Source of the DNA: an uncultured bacterium
Lineage (GTDB): Bacteria; Patescibacteriota; Saccharimonadia; UBA4664; SCTI01
Reading direction: 5' to 3'
Assembly (NCBI GenBank): GCA_963721685.1
Contig: CAVRJJ010000005.1
Coordinates: 1-37,942, forward strand
Length of the DNA stretch: 37,942 nucleotides
Shown: positions 1-7,077 of the stretch, piece after piece
How the letters are laid out: each line of letters opens with the position of its first letter
How positions within the stretch are numbered: the stretch's first letter is position 1
Notes under the pieces: model-generated
Told to the model about the DNA's origin: nothing
Seen by the model: the letters and a program-made list of their open reading frames with translations, nothing else
Database searches by the model: none
Program-made: the position numbers and the translations under genes

Positions 1-287
1 ACCAGGAGATTAAGCAGGTGCGGTTGGGAATGAAGATCGGCGAGCATGACCTGCAGGTTAAGGTTAGGCAGGCAAAAAGCTTTTTAGAAAACGGTAGCAA
101 GGTTAAGGTCAGCCTCAGGTTCCGGGGACGTGAAGTTACCCATCCCGATCTGGGACGAGCGGTATTGGAACGCTTTTTTAGCCACTTAGCAGAAGTCGCT
201 GTTCGCGAACAGGAACCCTCCTTAAGCGGCCGCGAAATGACCATGATATTGGCGCGGGCCAAGACTAGCAAGCAGAAAGAGGAATAA
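1..287 (+). CDS. infC: translation initiation factor IF-3, C-terminal part (5' end lies outside the window)
   Basis: ORF 18..287, with the frame open back to base 3, reads KIGEHDLQVKVRQAKSFLENGSKVKVSLRFRGREVTHPDLG. This is the IF-3 C-domain pattern. It is followed by rpmI and rplT, as in the canonical operon. Confidence 0.9.
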   Translation, partial: QEIKQVRLGMKIGEHDLQVKVRQAKSFLENGSKVKVSLRFRGREVTHPDLGRAVLERFFSHLAEVAVREQEPSLSGREMTMILARAKTSKQKEE

Positions 288-288
288 T

Positions 289-489
289 ATGCCAAAGATG
301 AAAACCCATAAAGGAATGGCCAAACGGATTAAGCTTAGCGGCAGCGGTAAAATGCTGCGGCGCAAAGCCTACCGCAGCCACCTGCTCGCCCATAAGCAAA
401 CCAAGACTAAGCGCACTTACGTGCAGGAGTTTGAGGTTTCCAGCGGCGACGCCGGCAACATTAAGCGGATGTTGGGAACCTACAAATGA
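289..489 (+). CDS. rpmI: 50S ribosomal protein L35
   Basis: 66-aa basic protein MPKMKTHKGMAKRIKLSGSGKMLRRKAYRSHLL, a typical L35 N-terminus. It lies between infC and rplT. Confidence 0.93.
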   Translation: MPKMKTHKGMAKRIKLSGSGKMLRRKAYRSHLLAHKQTKTKRTYVQEFEVSSGDAGNIKRMLGTYK

Positions 490-835
490 GAATTAAACGC
501 GGTGTAACCACCCACGCTAAGCATAAAAAACTGCGCGCCCAGACAAAAGGCATGAGCCACATGCGGCGTGCCAGCGTCCGGATGGCCCGCCAAGCTGTGT
601 TAAAAGCGCTTTCCTACGCCTACCGCGACCGCCGCAATAAAAAGCGCGACCTCCGCTCGCTGTGGATTATCCGTATAAACGCCGCTCTTACCGAGCACAA
701 TTTATCTTATAGCAAGTTCATGGGCTATGCTAACGCGTCAAAGATTCGCTTGACCGAAAGATTCTGGCCGAATTAGCCGTTAATCATCCCGCCGCCTTCA
801 AGGCTGTGGTAGAAAAAGTCAAAACCGCCCAATAA
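486..835 (+). CDS. rplT: 50S ribosomal protein L20; frame interrupted by an apparent 1-nt deletion near 752/753
   Basis: ORF 486..776 matches L20 up to ..SYSKFMGYANASKIRL, then runs out of frame (TERFWPN*). The +1 frame from 755 reads RKILAELAVNHPAAFKAVVEKVKTAQ* with its stop at 833..835, which is the expected L20 C-terminus. TTGACC is present where TTGGACC would restore L-D-R-K-I-L. Confidence 0.85.
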
Positions 836-872
836 CTCGAGTAGCCTTATCCTCTATTACTGCGCAGGTGTA

Positions 873-937
873 TCAGATTTGATGCTAATCTGCGGCAAAT
901 CTGATGCGATTTAGCATCAATTTAGCATCAAATCTGC
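873..937. terminator. long inverted repeat between convergent rplT and the DUF1304 gene; putative bidirectional terminator
   Basis: CAGATTTGATGCTAA (874..888) is perfectly complementary to TTAGCATCAAATCTG (922..936). TTAGCATCAA is also directly repeated at 911..920 and 922..931. No clean U-tract. Confidence 0.4.
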
Positions 938-945
938 CATAGATT

Positions 946-1314
946 TTAAAAACTTTTAAACACTACCACGAAAATAAGAGCCGCGGCCGCGGGCAAAGCC
1001 TGTATAAGCAAAATGCGTTTCATAGCCGTTAGCCCGCCAACCAGCCCAGCGATAACTACACAGGACAGAAAGAAAACTTGAAGCTGAAAGGCCAATGGGT
1101 CTGAAACCACCAGCGACCAGGCCAAGCCCCCCGCTAAAAACAAGTTATAGACGCCTTGGTTGATCGCCATGACGTGCGTGGTTGCCGCCTGTTCCGACGT
1201 GGTGTTAAAGGCCTTCCTGCCGATCGCGGTGTTCCATAAAAATGCCTCTAGAATGAAGAAATATACATGAAGCAGCGCGATAAGGCCAATTAAAATAATA
1301 ATGAATGTGCTCAT
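946..1314 (-). CDS. small integral membrane protein, DUF1304-like
   Basis: 122 aa with four hydrophobic segments. The N-terminal pattern LIALLHVYFFILEAFLW...NQGVYNLFLAGGL resembles the DUF1304 family, from memory. Confidence 0.65.
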   Translation of the reverse strand: MSTFIIILIGLIALLHVYFFILEAFLWNTAIGRKAFNTTSEQAATTHVMAINQGVYNLFLAGGLAWSLVVSDPLAFQLQVFFLSCVVIAGLVGGLTAMKRILLIQALPAAAALIFVVVFKSF

Positions 1315-2429
1315 TATTTATTTACTCCCTCCTCAAGCTTTTTGTTTACAAACTGCTGTATCTTCTTAATAAAGATTGCTTGGTCATACCCTTCGGCATG
1401 GGTCCGGATTTTAGCGGCCTCATACGACTCCGGTTTAAACGCTTGCAAAGCGACCTTAAGCGACTCCACCGTTTGTTCCGCAAAAAAGCTGCCCGTTGTT
1501 CCATCAACAACAGTTTCCAGCGCTCCTCCCTTGGCAAAGGCAATAACCGGCGTACCGCAAGCCATGGCTTCCAGCGGGGTCAACCCGAAATCCTCCTCGC
1601 CCGTAAAGATGAAGGCTTTGGCCTGGCCTAATTCTTCAGCAATTTGGGCGTCATCCAGCCGCCCTGAAAAACGGACGGAGGGACCTGCCATTGCTTGAAG
1701 TCTAGCAAGCTCACTGCCATCACCAATCACATTTAACGGCAAGTTTAACTCGGTGCAGGCCTGAACCGCTAAATCCACCCGCTTGTAAGGTATGAGCCGC
1801 GAAACCACAACAAAACCGCTGCGCGGGCCATGATGCACTTTGAATCGTTTTACATCTATCGGCGGGTTGATCACTTCTGATTCCCGCCGGTAAAATTTAG
1901 CAATACGGCTACTAACATACTGAGAGTTAGCCACAAACGCGTCGACCCGCTGAGCAGCCGCGAAATCCCATATCCGCATCCGCCTCACTAAACCAGGCAT
2001 TACCAGCTTAACTAAGGGCGAAAGCAGCCCAAAGCCGGTGTTTTGACGGTAGTAACTGTAATCGCTCCAATAATACCGGGTTGGGGTATGACAGTATGAC
2101 ACATGCAGGCAGTCCGGTTTGGTAACAATGCCTTTCGCCTCAGCCGAAGAAGACGAAATCACGACATCGTAGCCGCTAAAATCAAACGCCTCAAAGGCTA
2201 GAGTGCGCATCCAGGGGAAGAACTGGTGCTTGGTTTTGGCAAGCGGCCAACGTTGCAAAAAGGATGTCCGTACATCAAGCTGAGCGAACTGCGGCAAGGC
2301 TTCGGCATTAAAAACCGAGGTGTAAATAGGGGCTTCGGGATAAGCCGTATGCAGCGCCCATACCACACGCTCTCCCCCGCCCTGATTAGTAAGCCAATCG
2401 TGGACAATCGCGACTCTGGGTTCAGCCAT
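1314..2429 (-). CDS. glycosyltransferase, GT4 (GT-B fold) family
   Basis: 371 aa. The N-terminus VAIVHDWLTNQGGGERV and the C-terminal FIFTGEEDFGLTPLEAMACGTPVIA (E-x7-E-like motif) are typical of GT4 enzymes. Its ATG overlaps the stop of the upstream sugar-transferase remnant (TAATG). Confidence 0.85.
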   Translation of the reverse strand: MAEPRVAIVHDWLTNQGGGERVVWALHTAYPEAPIYTSVFNAEALPQFAQLDVRTSFLQRWPLAKTKHQFFPWMRTLAFEAFDFSGYDVVISSSSAEAKGIVTKPDCLHVSYCHTPTRYYWSDYSYYRQNTGFGLLSPLVKLVMPGLVRRMRIWDFAAAQRVDAFVANSQYVSSRIAKFYRRESEVINPPIDVKRFKVHHGPRSGFVVVSRLIPYKRVDLAVQACTELNLPLNVIGDGSELARLQAMAGPSVRFSGRLDDAQIAEELGQAKAFIFTGEEDFGLTPLEAMACGTPVIAFAKGGALETVVDGTTGSFFAEQTVESLKVALQAFKPESYEAAKIRTHAEGYDQAIFIKKIQQFVNKKLEEGVNK

Positions 2430-3895
2430 TAATGCGCTCCCTGGCGGGTTAGCACAATTACAACTGTCCGCAGAATAATCTTAATATCAAGCCATAAACT
2501 CCAATTTTCAATGTAATAAATATCTAATTTTGACCCGCTCATCGTAGCTTACGTCGCTGCGTCCGGATACCTGCCATAACCCGGTTAAACCCGGGTTTCA
2601 GTGAAAGTAGGGTTGGACGGCCAGTACCATAACGTTCCAGTTCTCCCGGCACGATCGGACGCGGCCCTACCATACTGATATCGCCCCGCAGGATATTCAA
2701 CAGTTGAGGCAGCTCGTCCAGGCTCGTGCGGCGTAAATACGCCCCTATCTTGCTTACCCGGGGGTCGTCCTTAACCTTTTGGTCGCGCTCAAACTCTTCA
2801 ACCAAGTCCGGGCGGCCCAGTTCAGCAAAAATCTCCACCTCATTTTTGCCTTTGTATTTCTCGGCCGTGGCAAACTCCTGGCGCATAGAACGAAATTTAT
2901 ATACGCGGATCGACTTGCCTATCCGGCTCAGCCGCTTGTGGCTGTAAAAGACCGGGCCAGGATCGGTAAACTTAATCAACAACGCTATAACCAGGAAAGA
3001 CTGGCGACAGCACAATCAGCCCAGCCAGCGACGCGACAGCGTCGAACAAACGTTTTACGATCCTGCCCCATCCATCGAGCGGCGTCCGCTTCATGGCTAC
3101 CATCGGCATGCCAGCCAATGTGCCAAGTTCAGAATGGGTGGCGAACAATCCAAATTGATTGGGCACGAACCGGTAAGTAATGTGGTGGTTAGCGGCGTAT
3201 TCCACAATCTCAAATACTTCCTCCGGCCCAAGCGATGAGTCGGCCTGGATAAACTCATCGATCTTACCGCCATGTAAGCGATTTAAGCAGGTTGGTTAAC
3301 GAGAGGTCAACCCGAAAGGAGCTCATTCGTTTTTGAGCGCCTTTAGCGGTATCAATTACGCCTATAACCTCATACCCGGACCGGCTGCGCTGGTTGAGTG
3401 CAGCCGCCAGCTGCTGCGCCAAAACCCCGCTTCCGATTATCACTACTTTATAAATACCAACTCCCTGACGAAACAGTCGGCGTTGGATCGCCGCGCACCA
3501 ATAGCCGCCCTACCACCACCGTGACCAGGCTTAAGCCATAGGCGTAAACCGGCACGGCCTTGGAAGGGAAGATTGGGGCTTCTACTAAGAAAGTCGAGGA
3601 CTATCATAAACATCACCCCGGACGACACCGCCACAAAGATCGATTTAAGCTCCCACAGCCGACCGCGCTGGCTTGAGAGGTTATAGAGACCATTGACCGC
3701 GAAGAACAAAATCCACACCGGAATAACCAACAAGAATATTTGCAGGAAGAATTCAATGCCTAGATGGATTGGCCACGGGACGTTCGTCGATCTTTAACCC
3801 GCAAGGCGTAAGCCATCACGAAGGCAGACAGGATTGCCAGGAAATCAATTGGCAGATAGTATAAGGCTGAAAAATAATTCGCTTCGTTTACGCAT
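2429..3895 (-). pseudogene. polyprenyl glycosylphosphotransferase (bacterial sugar transferase, WbaP/WcaJ-like) broken by multiple frameshifts
   Basis: The minus-strand translation gives a complete protein only by switching frame at least 9 times. Recognisable parts are MRKRSELFFSLIL.., PIDFLAILSAFVMAYALRV, VVIIGSGVLAQQLAAAL, KFTDPGPVFYSHKRLSRIGKSIRVYKFRSM, DELPQLLNILRGDISMVGPRP, TGLWQVSGRSDVSYDERV and DIYYIENWSLWLDIKIILRTV. The ORF track shows only fragments (2539..3015, 2972..3205, 3443..3733). Confidence 0.8.
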
Positions 3896-3928
3896 GGCTT
3901 TCTGACATTACGGTAAGCATTTTACACC

Positions 3929-3957
3929 AAAAAGACCCCTGTTAGGAGGTCTTTTTT
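3929..3957 (-). terminator. rho-independent terminator downstream of rnpB (A-run and T-run on both sides)
   Basis: The stem AGACC(CC)/(GG)AGGTCT is flanked by AAAAA on the 5' side and TTTTTT on the 3' side. It lies immediately 3' of the RNase P RNA on the minus strand. Confidence 0.6.
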
Positions 3958-3959
3958 AG

Positions 3960-4360
3960 CTTAAGGTTGCCTGTAAGCCGGATTCTGTCCTCCGCGTAAA
4001 CGCGGATGTATGGCCATCTATCTTGCCGTGACGTTACCGTCACGGTCACGCGGCACGTACGCTGATTGGAGCGAGCACTCCCCTGTTGCCAGGTGAACCA
4101 GCAGCCTTGCAGCAGACGGGGTTTACCTCCCTCCCATGTCACCATAGGAGGCTGTGGGCTTTTACCCCACTCGTTTCACCCTTACCTCACGGGTGTGGGG
4201 CGGTATCGTTTCTGTGGCACTTTCCCTAGGCTTGGGCGGCGCTGTTTTCTCGAGAGAAACACCGTCGCTTACTCCCGGTTGCCGTTAACAACCGTCCTGC
4301 TCTATGCTGTCCGGACTTTCCTCTGGTGGTTTAAGCCAGCGACCATCCAGCAACCTTAGC
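3960..4360 (-). ncRNA. rnpB: RNase P RNA, bacterial type A
   Basis: The reverse complement contains the universal blocks GGAAAGTCCGGAC, GGTAAGGGTGAAA, GGTAAACCCC and ACAGAATCCGGCTTA. A terminal P1 pairing forms between AAGGTTGC (4350..4357) and GCAACCTT (3963..3970). Confidence 0.85.
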
Positions 4361-4391
4361 CGAATAATAGTAGCAAAAATAGCGCTTTAGC

Positions 4392-5078
4392 TCAAGTTGT
4401 TACGACAATGCTGAGCACCCCGTTAGCCAATGGCCAACGGGGTGCGGTTGACAGAAGGAGACTGCACCTTTCGCGACCAGCAAACAGGTTGGGCAAAAGC
4501 GCTTTCAGCGCCGGCACCCATTCGCCATTCCCAAAACGATCCCTCAGAGCCATGGCCGTGGGATCGCCTGGCTTCCGCAAGCGGTCATACTCGGTAAGCG
4601 AGAATGTTCTCCCGATAAGATGACTTACACGTCGTGCAGCAGCTTCACACTCTCCGTCAGTGTAGCGTTGATAGGGTGGCCCTGGTAGCTGCGGCTTTAA
4701 CCCTGCCGCCTCAACCCACCAGTTCCATCCTTCCGCTCGTCGCAAAAGCGACGAAGATGGCCACTCTTTGTGAGACACGCGGAGACGGTCGTAGTCTTTG
4801 ATACTGATCTGCCCGCCATTGAGGCGAGCGGCTTCCTTCACGGCAGCAATTTTCTGCTCTCTGGTATACCTCGGCGGACCACTGTCCGATCGGCGGTTTG
4901 CCCTCCACTGCCGCCACAGGCTCTCCGGGACTCCGGACAGTAGACGTCGAAACTCGGGTTCGACTAGACCAAGCTCGTCCCTTATTTCGCGTTTACTCCA
5001 GCGGGCTTCAAGAAGAGCAGCCAAGCGCTCATGGATGCCGGCTTCCGAATCAGTTGGACGTGACGCGGTGATAGCCAT
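4392..5078 (-). CDS. hypothetical protein with two tandem ~60-aa repeats (homing-endonuclease-associated-repeat-like)
   Basis: 228 aa. Internal repeat: YTREQKIAAVKEAARLNGGQISIKDYDRLR..WPSSSLLRRAEGWNWWVEAAGL versus YTDGECEAAARRVSHLIGRTFSLTEYDRLR..PTAMALRDRFGNGEWVPALKALL. The sequence is visibly richer in G+C than its flanks (not computed). Confidence 0.6.
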   Translation of the reverse strand: MAITASRPTDSEAGIHERLAALLEARWSKREIRDELGLVEPEFRRLLSGVPESLWRQWRANRRSDSGPPRYTREQKIAAVKEAARLNGGQISIKDYDRLRVSHKEWPSSSLLRRAEGWNWWVEAAGLKPQLPGPPYQRYTDGECEAAARRVSHLIGRTFSLTEYDRLRKPGDPTAMALRDRFGNGEWVPALKALLPNLFAGRERCSLLLSTAPRWPLANGVLSIVVTT

Positions 5079-5142
5079 ACAGGTACTTCCCTTCTGGTCG
5101 GGTCAGATAATTATATAGGTTTATTAGGACAAGGGTAAGTAG

Positions 5143-5586
5143 CTAAATAGCGTTATGGGCGGCTTCGTCGAGGGCTTTGTTTACCTCGGTGTCAGCTAAA
5201 TGGTTTTTACCCCGTAAAACATGTTCAAAACTTACTTCGCAGCCTTCCGCCAGCTTTTTTACCTGATGAAACAGCGGCTGCAGGTCGGGATGCTTCACCC
5301 GATACTGGCCGTTGAGCTGCTTGACGACAAGTTCGCTATCAAGCAGGAACTGAATTGAGGCAGGATGGTATTTCTTGGCAGCCTCGAGGCCAGCAATGAC
5401 ACCGCTATATTCGGCGAAGTTGTTGGTGCCTTCGCCAAGATACTTACCAAAAGATTCTAAATGCCGGCCATCCGGTGTGGCAATTACAACACCAATCGCC
5501 GCAGGGCCGGGATTGCCACGAGATCCCCCATCGGTGTTAATTACCAGATTGGCTTCGCGGTTAACCGCGTTAATTAATTGACTCAT
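5143..5586 (-). CDS. rnhA: ribonuclease HI (RNase H type 1)
   Basis: 147 aa. The motifs INTDGGSRGNPGPAAIGVV, NNFAEYSGVIAGLE and NHLADTEVNKALD give the DEDD RNase H pattern. Confidence 0.85.
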   Translation of the reverse strand: MSQLINAVNREANLVINTDGGSRGNPGPAAIGVVIATPDGRHLESFGKYLGEGTNNFAEYSGVIAGLEAAKKYHPASIQFLLDSELVVKQLNGQYRVKHPDLQPLFHQVKKLAEGCEVSFEHVLRGKNHLADTEVNKALDEAAHNAI

Positions 5587-5640
5587 ATCTGGTTATTCTA
5601 CGATATTTGATCGAAATGGTCAAAAATGGGACAACCAGAC

Positions 5641-5739
5641 GCCTGGTGGAGGCACCGGGAATCGAACCCGGCCGACTTGAGTCGCAATCACGTCGCGACA
5701 CCAGTCTGTACCCCTAAAAGACACACCGTACCACCAGGC
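5641..5739 (-). ncRNA. orphan tRNA-like element (degenerate tRNA, or tmRNA tRNA-like-domain-like mini RNA)
   Basis: The minus strand ends with the T-arm CCGGG-TTCGATT-CCCGG (5655..5671), the acceptor 3' strand TGCCTCC (5648..5654), discriminator A and CCA (5644..5646). The 5' partner is AGGGGTA (5709..5715; 6/7 pairs, with G3:U70) or GGTGGTA (5729..5735; 6/7 pairs). No canonical D or anticodon arm could be drawn. Confidence 0.4.
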
Positions 5740-5867
5740 ACTTTTATGATATCGATTTCAAATTAAACTAAGATTAAACTGGACGATTTCGTTGAAAAAA
5801 ATTCCGTGGAGAGCTAAAATAATAATTGACTTGGGTCGCAATCCGGATCGCGGCATTAGCCGTACAC

Positions 5868-5898
5868 AAAAAGAGCAGCACAAGCTGCTCTTTTTTTT
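5868..5898 (-). terminator. rho-independent terminator after tRNA-Pro (bidirectional form)
   Basis: GAGCAGC-ACAA-GCTGCTC hairpin (5873..5890) flanked by AAAAA and TTTTTTTT. Confidence 0.7.
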
Positions 5899-5912
5899 AT
5901 TAATAATTTCAT

Positions 5913-5988
5913 TGGTCGGGGTGACAGGACTTGAACCTGCGACCTTACGGCCCCCAGCCGCACGCGCTACCAACTGCGCCACACCCCG
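5913..5988 (-). tRNA. tRNA-Pro (anticodon GGG), CCA encoded
   Basis: Hand-folded cloverleaf: CGGGGTG TG GCGC AGTTGGT AGCGC G TGCGG CTGGGGG CCGTA AGGTC GCAGG TTCAAGT CCTGT CACCCCG A CCA. Confidence 0.92.
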
Positions 5989-6178
5989 CTAAAATGTCAA
6001 AAACTATAAACTCCGCAAGCATGGTAGTACCAGCATCTCTTTCCTGCTACAAAGCAGGTGGGTACCCGCAAGTCTGCCACCTCGGTGGCAGCTAATCTTA
6101 GGTTCCCTGGAGATTAATCATACAGAAAAAATAAGCTAGACTACCGATGCTGCAGAGCTATATCCAGTATAACGGCTA

Positions 6179-6808
6179 TTAGTGGCCAATAGAAGGAACG
6201 AAAATACCGTAAAACAGCTGGATTGCCCCGCCAATCACTTGCGCGATAAAGGGACTTGCTAGGAGCACTATCAAGAAAATTATCATCAAACCGGCACGCT
6301 CCAGGCGGTCAAAGGTGTCCCTTACAAACGGGAAAGCGGCATAGGCAATCCGCGAGCCATCGAGCGGCGGGATAGGCAGCATATTAAAAACAAACAAAGC
6401 GATATTGACCCGAATAATAGTATCAAACAATACCTTTGTAGCATCGGGAAGGGCGGCAACATTCGCCAGCCACAGCGCAAAAAAGATAGCCAGTAAAAGA
6501 TTTGTAAGCGGACCGGCGAACGCCACCATGGCGGCTCCCCATTTTCGGTACTTCAAAGCCCAGGGGTTAAACGGTACCGGCTTGGCGGCGGCGAAAACCG
6601 GTAAACCGGCAATAATAAGGAGCAAAGGCAGCAAGAGGGTCGCGAACGGATCAATATGTACGACTGGGTTGAGGCTGAGCCGCCCCTCCTGATGAGCGGT
6701 GCGATCGCCTAACCAATGGCCAACCAGGGCGTGCGCAAACTCGTGTAAAGTTAGCCCCATAACCAAGGCAAAAATGAGAAAAATGAGGCCGGTAAGATCA
6801 AAATCCAT
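6179..6808 (-). CDS. site-2 protease family (peptidase M50) membrane metalloprotease
   Basis: 209 aa, polytopic. It has an HEFAHALVGH (HExxH) motif in the first TM segment and a downstream NMLPIPPLDGS (LDG) motif. Confidence 0.85.
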   Translation of the reverse strand: MDFDLTGLIFLIFALVMGLTLHEFAHALVGHWLGDRTAHQEGRLSLNPVVHIDPFATLLLPLLLIIAGLPVFAAAKPVPFNPWALKYRKWGAAMVAFAGPLTNLLLAIFFALWLANVAALPDATKVLFDTIIRVNIALFVFNMLPIPPLDGSRIAYAAFPFVRDTFDRLERAGLMIIFLIVLLASPFIAQVIGGAIQLFYGIFVPSIGH

Positions 6809-6895
6809 TGGCTTATTGTACCATCCACTTAATTAATGCCGATATGGGAGGAGTATATTCATGCCCAAGCAATGATTATTGCAGTTTAGTATTTG

Positions 6896-6951
6896 TAGGA
6901 TACTATTTCTTGGTTAACTTTTGATTAAATGAGCTTAAGAATAGTATCCTA
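6896..6951. repeat. 15-bp-arm inverted repeat in the divergent promoter region between the M50 protease gene and rpmB
   Basis: TAGGATACTATT(T)CTT (6896..6911) pairs with AAGAATAGTATCCTA (6937..6951): 12 bp, a 1-nt bulge, then 3 bp, with a 25-nt AT-rich loop. Confidence 0.5.
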
Positions 6952-7077
6952 GGAACACTATTTGGTGAAATTGAAGTAGGTTTGGGAGTATGGACATTTG
7001 CTTGCAAGAGTCTGCATCCTGGCTAGGAGGTTATTAGGTTTGACCTTCAACCTGATTTTTGCTACTATCACCTGGAT

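Noticed and set aside
873-937. Mini CRISPR-like array from the repeated TTAGCATCAA / AAATCTG strings
   Set aside because: The repeats are 10-15 nt, partly inverted and directly abutting, without regular spacers. There are no cas genes in the window.
3942-4359. ORFs 3942..4145(-) and 4066..4359(+) as protein genes
   Set aside because: Both lie entirely within the RNase P RNA gene. Their translations are Cys/Arg/Trp-rich, typical of spurious frames in structured RNA.
5660-5735. Reading the tRNA-like element as tRNA-His (hairpin loop ACGUGAU contains GUG; 5' GGUGG / 3' CCACC)
   Set aside because: The loop has C where the near-universal U33 should be. The stem has 6 bp. GGUGG/CCACC would leave 3-5 unpaired nucleotides between the T-stem and the acceptor. 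No D-arm can be drawn. Class II (Ser/Leu/Tyr/Sec) folds also failed.
5587-5739. Two-piece (circularly permuted) tmRNA gene, with the tRNA-like element as the acceptor piece
   Set aside because: In permuted ssrA genes the coding piece (5' GGGG.. plus tag ORF) follows the CCA end. Here only 56 nt separate the CCA from the rnhA start codon. That stretch contains no GGGG acceptor strand or tag-like reading frame.
6010-6112. SRP (4.5S) RNA, 6S RNA or 5S rRNA in the protease/tRNA-Pro spacer
   Set aside because: On neither strand is there a GNAR tetraloop flanked by the AGCA / GGAA-type symmetric-loop motif of SRP domain IV. The segment is too short for 6S RNA. It has no 5S loop motifs.
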